IMG/VR virus record: IMGVR_UViG_2906610324_000001
Coordinates: 32,001-96,000 of that record
DNA length: 64,000 nucleotides
Reading direction: 5' to 3' (one strand)
Source: a virus
Taxonomy: Duplodnaviria; Caudoviricetes
In this document: positions 27,284 through 34,677 of the stretch, piece by piece
Numbering within the stretch: the first letter of the stretch is position 1
How the letters are laid out: the number at the start of each line of letters is the position of its first letter
Position numbers and translations under genes: made by a program
The notes under the pieces: model-generated
Seen by the model: the letters and a program-made list of their open reading frames with translations, nothing else
Database searches by the model: none
Told to the model about the DNA's origin: nothing

Positions 27284-28381
27284 CTAGCTGGCGCGGATCG
27301 CGCAGAAAGGCGCAACCGGGAGGGATGGCCGAGGCGCGCCGAGCGATGACGAGGCCAGGAAGCGCGCGGCGCGGGAAGGCGCAACCGGGATAGGGGCCGC
27401 GGAGTTGGGCGCGGGCGCAACCGGGAGGGCATCGACCGTATCCGGGAGGGAAGCCGCCGCGGTTTCGACGCCGGCGGAATTGTTTGCGACAAGCCGCAAC
27501 CGCGGCGCCTCGGCCTCGGCCTTGGCTGCAGCTGCGCGCGCCTCGGCCTCTTGCTCGGCGCGCCGGCCGGCCTCGGCCTCGGCCTTTGCCGCGGCTTTGG
27601 CCTCGGCCTCGGCCGCGCGAACGACGGCGCGGCGCCGCGCTTCAATTTCCAGCCATGCCATACCGCCGAGGCGCGACCGATAGTCTGCAATCTGCGCGCC
27701 GAGCTCGGCCGCGCGTTCCTCGTCGGCGCCGGCCAAAATCTCGGCCTCGGCCGAGGCAATGAGGTAGTGCCCGCGGTAGAAGTCGGCGCGCGTCAACCCG
27801 CCGGCCTCGGCGGTTTCCGGCAAGGCCGAGGCCTCGGCGGAAAGCGCGACATGATCGAAACGGCCGCGGCGATATTCGGCCGTCCGCGCGTTGCATTCCT
27901 CGGCCGGATATTCGGCGCCGGTAGCGTCACAGATGGCAGAAACGATGGACGGGACCGCGACACAATCGGAACCGATTGCCGAGGCTTTCCCGAATTCCCG
28001 CGCGACCCGCGCGCGGTAGAAGGCGAAGGCAACGCGCAAGCCGCGGCCGATATTGACCGGCTTGCCAGGCAGTGAAACGGCTGGCGCGCGTACCACGGCG
28101 CCGCATACAAACGTCACAACGATGATAGGCGACTTGCCTAGCTTTTTCGTCGCGCTTGCCGGGATGACATAATCCGCCCATGGATCCGCCGCGCCGTCCG
28201 GGATATTGGCCGCGCCGGATCCGGCTTTCTGCGCCGGCAATGCGAGGCGCAGCAAATCGGCAATGCCGCGCCAGTTCGCGCCGTCGGGATTCGCGGTCGC
28301 GTTGTCATAGGCGAGGATCGCCAGCGCGCGCCGTTCCGTTGCCTTTGCGGCCTTGGCCGCGATCAAATCAACCTGTTGCAT
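27284..28381 (-). CDS. Ala-rich hypothetical protein with coiled-coil tail
   Basis: Repeat A + AAAGG before MQQVDLI. Confidence 0.7.
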   Translation of the reverse strand: MQQVDLIAAKAAKATERRALAILAYDNATANPDGANWRGIADLLRLALPAQKAGSGAANIPDGAADPWADYVIPASATKKLGKSPIIVVTFVCGAVVRAPAVSLPGKPVNIGRGLRVAFAFYRARVAREFGKASAIGSDCVAVPSIVSAICDATGAEYPAEECNARTAEYRRGRFDHVALSAEASALPETAEAGGLTRADFYRGHYLIASAEAEILAGADEERAAELGAQIADYRSRLGGMAWLEIEARRRAVVRAAEAEAKAAAKAEAEAGRRAEQEAEARAAAAKAEAEAPRLRLVANNSAGVETAAASLPDTVDALPVAPAPNSAAPIPVAPSRAARFLASSSLGAPRPSLPVAPFCAIRAS

Positions 28382-28476
28382 GGTCCATTGTCCTTTCTGA
28401 TTTGCGCACGATTGCGCCGAGAATTGAGGGAAGGCCGAGGCCAGGTTAGGCCGTAGCTTTGGCGCGGCGCCGCGCG

Positions 28477-28746
28477 TCAATCGCGGCGCGTATCACTTTT
28501 CTTGAACCGCGGCGCATAACGGCCGTTGAATGCACGCAATTCAGAAAAGGCGATATCGGCCGCGGCCTTGGCAATCCGGTATCGCGGATCGAATTTAATT
28601 CGGTCCGGAGTCAGTCCCATCGGACCGCGCGCCGGAATCCCCATTTCGGCCGCAAGGCCTTCTGTCACGGCGCCGAGGCGCGCGCCGGCCTCTTTGATCC
28701 GGTTATCCAACTCGGCCGCGGCGGCTTGGAATGCTGCAAAATCCAT
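28477..28746 (-). CDS. Hypothetical protein
   Basis: GPMGLTPD..K..P.Y..AK......F..LR.FN motif. Confidence 0.7.
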   Translation of the reverse strand: MDFAAFQAAAAELDNRIKEAGARLGAVTEGLAAEMGIPARGPMGLTPDRIKFDPRYRIAKAAADIAFSELRAFNGRYAPRFKKSDTRRD

Positions 28747-28754
28747 CGGTGCAC

Positions 28755-28943
28755 CTAGACGCTTTCGTCAAAGCGCGCGGCCTCAAAGTCGCGGCTTGCC
28801 TGTTCTGCCTCGGCGCCGGTAAGCATGCGGCGGCTTGTCGGATAATAGAACGCGCGCGTTCCGACCGGGATGAAATGCCCGTTGCGGTCATTGGCCGGAT
28901 ATTTGGTAATGATCCATCGCGGATCGCCGCCATAGCGTGCCAT
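28755..28943 (-). CDS. Hypothetical protein
   Basis: Repeat A + AAAGG before MARYGGDPRWI. Confidence 0.7.
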   Translation of the reverse strand: MARYGGDPRWIITKYPANDRNGHFIPVGTRAFYYPTSRRMLTGAEAEQASRDFEAARFDESV

Positions 28944-29008
28944 TGTAGTCTGTCCTTTCCAGTTTGCGCACAATCGCGCGGGAGACAAATTCGACGGCCG
29001 AGGCCGAG

Positions 29009-29149
29009 CTATTCCAGCATGTCCGCAATGAACCGGACCGCGGCCGGATATCGGCAGAAACTGCGCAGCAATGCGACGATTCCGCGCGCCGTGTAGTAAC
29101 CCGCCGGGATACCGTGCAAGTTATCCGGAATGAAGGTTTCGCGGTCCAT
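29009..29149 (-). CDS. Small hypothetical protein
   Basis: AGGA RBS; ends AVRFIADMLE. Confidence 0.55.
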   Translation of the reverse strand: MDRETFIPDNLHGIPAGYYTARGIVALLRSFCRYPAAVRFIADMLE

Positions 29150-29153
29150 TGGC

Positions 29154-29492
29154 CTAGTATCCTGCAGCCTCGGCGGAATAGTCGCGCTGGCCAGTCTCGG
29201 CGGTTTGCCAGTCCGGAAAGCGCGCGCCGTTTTCGGTATCGTTGTAACCCGCCGAAAGCCTATCGGCCGGGCAGGTGCAAACGCCATCGCGGGTTATGCG
29301 TCCAACGCAGTCCGCGCCATCGTTGCACCATTCGTTAGTCACGGTTTGCCCGTCGAAAGAAAAGATATTGGACTCGCGCGTCCATCCTTCGTCCGTTCTG
29401 GCGCCGTGCGAATGGTGCAACGTTTGGCCAGTCCGCAACGCGATACGGACAAGGCCGGATTTGTGATAGTGCCAAAAGCGCGCTGTTTTCAT
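29154..29492 (-). CDS. Hypothetical protein
   Basis: GAGGG RBS; ARFW...TDEGW...DC.GR....QRDYSAEAAGY. Confidence 0.7.
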   Translation of the reverse strand: MKTARFWHYHKSGLVRIALRTGQTLHHSHGARTDEGWTRESNIFSFDGQTVTNEWCNDGADCVGRITRDGVCTCPADRLSAGYNDTENGARFPDWQTAETGQRDYSAEAAGY

Positions 29493-29502
29493 GCGGTATC
29501 CC

Positions 29503-29832
29503 TCACGGAAGGCGGTTAAAGACGGAATGATAGGCCGAGGCCTCGGCGATGCACTCGCGCGCGGCCTCAAGATTGCGAGCGCGCGCCATGGGCGAGTTTT
29601 TCGCGGCGCGCCGATAGTAAGCCGCCCAGTGCAAAGCCTCGGCCGCAAGCGCGCGGCGCGGCCGGCAAGATAGCCGCGACGTCCGCAAGGCAACCGGACC
29701 GGCCGCGCGTTCTGCGCGCGCCGTGAATTCCGTTCCGTTGCAGACAATCCAGAACGTTGCCACATTGTGGCGCCGGCCGCGCGCCTCGGCGCGTAGCGCG
29801 GAAATGGTGCGGCGGAATGCATCGCGGTTCAT
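29503..29832 (-). CDS. Hypothetical basic protein
   Basis: GGAG RBS, ATGA coupling. Confidence 0.55.
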   Translation of the reverse strand: MNRDAFRRTISALRAEARGRRHNVATFWIVCNGTEFTARAERAAGPVALRTSRLSCRPRRALAAEALHWAAYYRRAAKNSPMARARNLEAARECIAEASAYHSVFNRLP

Positions 29833-30233
29833 GCTGCGCGCTCCAGTTCGCAAGCCGCGGTCCATCCGGTTGCGCGATCATAGGAGGCCGCGCGCGCGAT
29901 CATTGGCGGCTTGCGCAATTCGTCATCTGGCGGAATCACGCCATAGCGTTCCGGCGCGGCGTCAAGTTTCGCCATGGCTGCAGCATGCTCGGCCGCGCGC
30001 CACACATTGAAGGCCGCGACGATATGCGCCGGTAGCGGTTCAGCGTATCGGACAAGCATGCCGATTCCGGTTCGCATGGCGCGGCGGACATCATCGCCAT
30101 TTGCTATCGATAGCTCATAGTCTGAAACGGAATGACGGATGCTAACCTCATAGCTCTCGGTTTCATCCGTGACGCGATAGTAGACGGTCCCCATGTAGGA
30201 ACATTTCCAAGTGAATTGCGGCTTGCGTGTCAT
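29829..30233 (-). CDS. Hypothetical protein
   Basis: AAAGG RBS; degenerate repeat A at ~30251. Confidence 0.65.
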   Translation of the reverse strand: MTRKPQFTWKCSYMGTVYYRVTDETESYEVSIRHSVSDYELSIANGDDVRRAMRTGIGMLVRYAEPLPAHIVAAFNVWRAAEHAAAMAKLDAAPERYGVIPPDDELRKPPMIARAASYDRATGWTAACELERAA

Positions 30234-30260
30234 CGTCAAGGCCTTTCGGGTTGCGCGCAG

Positions 30261-30704
30261 TTAGATGACGCGAACGGTTGCGCCGGCCGGCAAATGAACC
30301 GCGCAACCGCCGTGAGAGTCGCGGCGCTTGATCTCCAGATGGACCGGCAGCCATCCGGTTGACTTCCCGACATAGAACCGGGACCGCGCGCCATCTGGCG
30401 CGGTGACTTCTACGCGCTTCCCTTCGAGGCCGATTAGTTGCGGCGCCAGCTGCGCGGGACAACGCGACCTAGTCGCGGCCGCATGATTGGCGCCGGCCTT
30501 CATTGTCGCGCGGTAGACTCGATAATGCTGGATTGTGCCGGGCTTGAATGCGCCGAGGCCTGGAGGGACCGCGGCCGAGGGAAGCCAGGCCGCGACGTCG
30601 CGCGCCCATCTCTCGGCGACACTGAAGCCAACGCAAGTATATCCGGCGCCGGATCGCAGAACATAAAGGCCTTGCTCGGCATTGATGGAATGAAAGTCAC
30701 TCAT
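30261..30704 (-). CDS. Conserved hypothetical phage protein
   Basis: Repeat A upstream; L.PQLIGLEG.RVEV.....RFYVGKSTGW.P.HLEI.RR.S.GG. Confidence 0.75.
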   Translation of the reverse strand: MSDFHSINAEQGLYVLRSGAGYTCVGFSVAERWARDVAAWLPSAAVPPGLGAFKPGTIQHYRVYRATMKAGANHAAATRSRCPAQLAPQLIGLEGKRVEVTAPDGARSRFYVGKSTGWLPVHLEIKRRDSHGGCAVHLPAGATVRVI

Positions 30705-30798
30705 CTCGGTTTGTCCTATTCGGTTTGCGCACAATCGCGCTTTGGTCCGCTTTGGCGTTCCGTTGTGCGGCGCGCCTCGGCGCCGCACCGTCGGAAAG

Positions 30799-31215
30799 TC
30801 AGTTGGAGGGAACGAAATTCATTCCCGTGCGGTCCAATGCCTCAAGTTTGAGGAAAGCGCGGACACGTTCCAAAGCATCCGGCCAAAGAATGACGCCGCC
30901 GCTTGTCGCCGGATCGTCGCTCCAATTGAGTCCGGCCAGAACGAAAGCCGGGCAAAAATCCCAATCGAATTGGACTTGATCGCGCTCGGAGTCCGTAAGG
31001 GATTGCCAAACGGTTTCGCAGTCTGGAGCGAGCCGGATCATGATATGGCGCATTTCGTATGCGCCCCATCCGTCACGGTATTGGTCAACTAGTTCCGCGG
31101 CGGCTTTGATTTCCGCGGGACGATCGTTGCGCCATTCCGGGTTGCTGGCGTCAATACAGGCTTCCCAGAGGCAAAGCGCGGCCTCGGCAATAAGCGGATT
31201 CAACTCGGTTTGCAT
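30799..31215 (-). CDS. Acidic hypothetical protein
   Basis: GAGGAG RBS; EAALCLWEA, FDWDFCP.F. Confidence 0.7.
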   Translation of the reverse strand: MQTELNPLIAEAALCLWEACIDASNPEWRNDRPAEIKAAAELVDQYRDGWGAYEMRHIMIRLAPDCETVWQSLTDSERDQVQFDWDFCPAFVLAGLNWSDDPATSGGVILWPDALERVRAFLKLEALDRTGMNFVPSN

Positions 31216-31227
31216 CTCGGGCGCTCC

Positions 31228-31332
31228 TCAAAGGCACGAATTCAGAAAAGCGCGCTTGCCGTCGCGCACCGCGGCGCGCCGAGTCCGCTTGTCGCTCGGC
31301 CGGCGGTCGGAATCATGCTTGCGATACTTCAT
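31228..31332 (-). CDS. 34-aa basic peptide (absent from ORF track)
   Basis: Repeat A + AAAGG, then MKYRKHDSDRRPSDKRTRRAAVRDGKRAFLNSCL*. Confidence 0.6.
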   Translation of the reverse strand: MKYRKHDSDRRPSDKRTRRAAVRDGKRAFLNSCL

Positions 31333-31424
31333 GGCCTTTTTCCTTTTCGAATTGCGCACAATTGCGCGGTTTCGGCGGTTTGCCGGTTATGCCGTGACGT
31401 GCACGGCATAGGCTGCAAATCGCG

Positions 31425-31664
31425 TTAGTTGATACGCTCGCAAGCGCCGGTTTCAGCGTTCCAGCGTATCAGCATATCGTTAGCTCGGATCGAAAGGCCG
31501 CGGGACATGCGGACGTCGCGCGGCGCCGGCCGGCCGGTTTCGTGAAACCATTGGCCGAGGCGGAATGCAATGTGCGTTGCGCTACTCCACAAGTGCGGAT
31601 TGGCCGAGGCCGGCGCGGCATAGCCGGCCGAGGCATAGGCGGTTAAGTCATCGGGCTTTGCCAT
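31425..31664 (-). CDS. Hypothetical protein
   Basis: GAGGAG RBS before MAKPDDL; NPHLWSS....AF.LG. Confidence 0.65.
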   Translation of the reverse strand: MAKPDDLTAYASAGYAAPASANPHLWSSATHIAFRLGQWFHETGRPAPRDVRMSRGLSIRANDMLIRWNAETGACERIN

Positions 31665-31677
31665 TGCGGCGCGCTCC

Positions 31678-31758
31678 TCAAAGGCAGCATACGAAAATGA
31701 CAAACGTTCCGACTAAAGCCGCCGCGCAGAACAGAACAAAATCAAGTGTATCGTCCAT
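31678..31758 (-). CDS. 26-aa hydrophobic peptide (absent from ORF track)
   Basis: Repeat A + AAAGG, then MDDTLDFVLFCAAALVGTFVIFVCCL*. Confidence 0.55.
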   Translation of the reverse strand: MDDTLDFVLFCAAALVGTFVIFVCCL

Positions 31759-31803
31759 TGGTCTAGCCTTTCGATTTGCGCACAATCGCGCGGTGGAAAA
31801 GTG

Positions 31804-32016
31804 TTAGCGGTTGCTGATGACTCGGAATCGGCTTTCGTGAACGCAAAGCCTTCCGCCATCCGCGAATTTGACGATGTGCCAGCCCGGCTGGATTGGTCCG
31901 CTTGCCGCGGTCCATCGCGCGATTTTCGCGACCTCTGGCGCGACGCTGGGAAAGCCGCCAATCGCTGGCGTGCCATGCAATTCAATGCGCGATCCGGTTT
32001 TGAGGGATTGAGACAT
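31804..32016 (-). CDS. Small SH3-like hypothetical protein
   Basis: GAGG RBS; GWHIVKFADGGRLCVHESRF. Confidence 0.65.
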   Translation of the reverse strand: MSQSLKTGSRIELHGTPAIGGFPSVAPEVAKIARWTAASGPIQPGWHIVKFADGGRLCVHESRFRVISNR

Positions 32017-32026
32017 GCTTGGCCTC

Positions 32027-32191
32027 TTAGCGGCGGTTGAGGCGCGCGCGGCGCCGGATCAGAAGGCGGCGAGGCTTTGCCGGAATGCAGTGGATTGCGA
32101 AGAGGACGAGCCAGCACGCGGAATAGATCGCTGCAAACGTGGCCAGAGTGAAAGCCGGGTTAGCGATGCAAAAGGAAATGAAGTCGTTCAT
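32027..32191 (-). CDS. Small membrane protein
   Basis: Repeat A + AAAGG before MNDFISFC; one TM and a basic tail. Confidence 0.55.
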   Translation of the reverse strand: MNDFISFCIANPAFTLATFAAIYSACWLVLFAIHCIPAKPRRLLIRRRARLNRR

Positions 32192-32238
32192 TTCGCCGGG
32201 CCTTTGAAGTTGCGCACAATCGCGCCGTGGTGACGCGT

Positions 32239-32267
32239 ACATGCGCAGATGTCGGCGCGGCCGTCAA
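32239..32267 (-). promoter_or_regulatory. Putative sigma70 promoter heading the minus-strand cluster
   Basis: Minus strand TTGACG-N17-GCATGT with GCCGACA in the spacer and an AT-rich upstream tract. Confidence 0.45.
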
Positions 32268-32333
32268 TGGGTAAAACGCAAAATTGCGAGAAAAAGTTGT
32301 ATTTGTTCGGCTGAGTATCGCAATATTGAGACG

Positions 32334-32657
32334 TTAGCCGTCTAGTGCAGCATTGATCCGGCCCAGCAATTCGGCGCGCTGGCGCCCGGTATCCGGTCTA
32401 ATTCCTGCAATGATCGCCCAAATCTGCCGTGCGATGTCAGGCCCAGCACCATTGGCCCGATACTGCGCCAGCGTGTTCTCGGACACGTAGAGCAGGCGCG
32501 CAGCTGCGGCATTCGAGAGGCTTGCGCCTTCCTGCCAGGCCCGGAATTCAGCCGCGCTGATTCTGAGTGAAACATCAGCGGAAGAGAAAGCCCGGCTTGC
32601 TGGCTTGCGCTTGGCCATTGGCTTGCTGGTCTTTGTGTCGGTCATTGGACGCCTCAA
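32334..32657 (-). CDS. HTH transcription regulator
   Basis: SAAEFRAWQ....LSNAAAARLL.VSENTLAQY. Confidence 0.75.
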   Translation of the reverse strand: MRRPMTDTKTSKPMAKRKPASRAFSSADVSLRISAAEFRAWQEGASLSNAAAARLLYVSENTLAQYRANGAGPDIARQIWAIIAGIRPDTGRQRAELLGRINAALDG

Positions 32658-32874
32658 GATTGAGTTATGCCGCAGTCATCCAACCCGCAACTATCACGGA
32701 ATTGAGTTGCTGCGGGCGCCGTCCCTGCTGTCATCCACCGTCAAGCGGTGGAACAGCGATTTGACAGCCGACTCAATTTGCGATTCAGAGCAAGCACGGT
32801 GACGCATTGTCGCTGCAATCCAACGCCCGCCAGGTCGCACCGCCTTGGCGGGTTTCGCATGTCAGGGGCACGGC

Positions 32875-33045
32875 ATGGGCGAGGTAGTCGAGCTATCGCC
32901 CGACGCGCCGCGCCGTGCCCGCCGACAGCGGCGCCAGCCTGCAGTCATCATTGTGTTGCCACTGGTTCGGGTCGAGCGCTGCATCAGCGCCGCCGACGCA
33001 TGGGATGCAATGCCAAGCGATAGCGCGCCGCATGGTGCGGCATAG
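32875..33045 (+). CDS. Small hypothetical protein
   Basis: AGGGG RBS; MGEVVEL...AVIIVLP.VRVER. Confidence 0.45.
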   Translation: MGEVVELSPDAPRRARRQRRQPAVIIVLPLVRVERCISAADAWDAMPSDSAPHGAA

Positions 33046-33264
33046 CCGGGCGGATCGGCGTGCGCCTGCCACGACAAGCGGACGTCACCACAAGGCGAGC
33101 TAGTCGAGAGAGAAAGGCGGGCGGTTGCCGCGCGCGGCGCGGCGCCAGCGGCGCCAGCGTATCCGCTGACACTATTCGGCCAGGCTGAACCACGGCCGCA
33201 CCAATCCGCCGCCACCGCAACCGACACGCCAGCCCGCGCCAAGCCAAGCCAGCGCCTCGAGGCC

Positions 33265-33345
33265 AAGGGGTATGGGGTCGGAAAGTCTAGGAACCGACGG
33301 GACCCCCTACCGCACGGGGGCTCATTTGCACAATTTTTTCTGCCG
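33265..33345 (+). other. Putative cos (packaging initiation) region
   Basis: GGGGTATGGGGTCGGAAAGTC...ACCGC...ATTTTTT immediately upstream of the terS start; G-run pattern resembles that of HNH/cos HK97-like phages. Confidence 0.5.
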
Positions 33346-33375
33346 CGACCGAATTTTTCAAGGTGAAGCGTCGAA

Positions 33376-33508
33376 ATGACCGAAAAACCGGAAAACGGCG
33401 GATCTGGAGAAAATCCGGCGGCCAAGCCGAAATCGGCGCCACGGAAAAAGGCCAGGAAGCCAGCGAAGCGGAAGGCGAAGGCCCGCGCAAGCAAGGGGGG
33501 CCGCGGAC
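33376..33508 (+). pseudogene. Terminase small subunit, N-terminal stub
   Basis: AAGG RBS; K/R-rich MTEKPE...KGGRGR, then runs out of frame into terL sequence. Confidence 0.55.
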
Positions 33509-34669
33509 GTGGTCGGCGGCAAGAAAGCCGCCTTCGTCCTGGTCGACGAGCTCTGGATCTTCGGCAAGCGTGCCAACGCCGCTGCGATGTTTCAGGAAGC
33601 GACCGGCGGTCTCGTATCGAGGAAAGAGGGCTTCGTCGTCTATCTCTCGACGCAGTCAGACGCGCCGCCGGCCGGTGTGTTCAAGGAGAAGCTCGACTAT
33701 TTCCGCGACGTCCGTGACGGCACCATTGTGGATCCGACCAGCTTCGGGATGCTCTACGAATTCCCGGAGGCCATAATCAAGGCGAAGGCCTACCTCGACC
33801 CGTCGAACTGGCGGATCACGAACCCGAATCTCGATCTTTCCGTCAGCACCGAATGGCTGCTGAGCGAACTGACCAAGGCCCAGCGCGGCAACGAGGACGC
33901 GCTCCGGACCTTCCTAGCCAAGCATCTCAACGTCGAGATCGGCATGAACCTCCGGGCCAATCGTTGGCCTGGCGCAACGCATTGGCAGAAGCGCGGCGAT
34001 CAGAAGATCACGCTGCGCTACCTGTTCAAGGTCTGCGACGTCATCGTGCCCGGTATAGACGGCGGCGGGCTCGACGACCTCTTTGGGCTCAGCTTGCTGG
34101 GCCGGCACAAGATCACGAAGGACTGGCTCCTCTGGGTGCATGCGTGGTGCCACCGCGGCGTGCTCGATCTGCGGCACTCGATCGCACCGCGCCTGCTGCA
34201 ATTCGAAAAGGAGGGCGATCTCACGATCGTCGATGACGAACTCGAGGACATCTCGAAGATCGTTCGCATCATCAAGTTGGTGAAGAAGAAGCGGCTCCTG
34301 GGCGGTGTTTCGGTCGACCCTGCCGGCCTCGGCGAATTCGTTGACGCCTTGGCCGACAAGGAAATCGACATCACGGTCGAGAACAAGCTGCTCATCGGCG
34401 CCCCGCAGGGCTTCGGCATGATGAACAGCATCAAGACCTGCGAACGCAAGCTGGTCAAAGGAACGCTGCGGCACGCGCCGAGTCCGATGATGGATTGGTG
34501 CGTCAGCAATCTGAAGATCGAGCCGACTGCCACGGCAATCAGGGCAACGAAGCAGACCGCGGGCGATGCCAAGATCGACCCCGCGATTGCGATGTTCAAT
34601 TCAGCCTACCTGATGGCGACCAATCCAAAGGCTCATGGCCACGCGAAGCCGAGGGCCATGGTTCTTTGA
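33500..34669 (+). pseudogene. terL: Terminase large subunit, C-terminal ~2/3 only (Walker A missing)
   Basis: Begins at VVGGKKAAFVLVDEL (Walker B); YLSTQS, ITNPNL, GIDGGGLDDL, KIDP; no upstream in-frame ATPase N-terminus. Confidence 0.85.
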
Positions 34670-34677
34670 GGGTCTGA

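Larger units (their letters stand above)
24218..32225 (-). repeat. Repeat A: start-associated hairpin GCGCR-ATNG-TGCGC-AA, 10 copies
   Basis: + strand TTGCGCACNATYGCGC at 24218, 25646, 26520, 27020, 28402, 28964, 30725, 31352, 31776, 32210; each ends 18-21 nt before a minus-strand ATG. Confidence 0.95.

Noticed and set aside
27500-27620. GCCTCG tandem repeats
   Set aside because: They encode an AEAEA/AAAK helical low-complexity tract; explained by the protein
24218-32225. Repeat A/B arrays as a CRISPR array or integron attC cassettes
   Set aside because: Spacing is gene-length and irregular, the repeats are only 16-20 nt, there are no RYYYAAC/GTTRRRY ends, and no cas or intI gene is in the window
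20144-32657. Minus-strand block as an independent IS/ICE/satellite
   Set aside because: No integrase, transposase, relaxase or terminal repeats seen; cannot be fully excluded without comparative data
33480-33520. Programmed frameshift joining terS to terL
   Set aside because: Even a fusion would lack the Walker A/adenine-binding region, so it cannot give a functional terminase
33376-33717. 113-aa ORF as a complete terminase small subunit
   Set aside because: After ~residue 44 it reads terL DNA out of frame (Arg-rich nonsense); treated as a deletion junction
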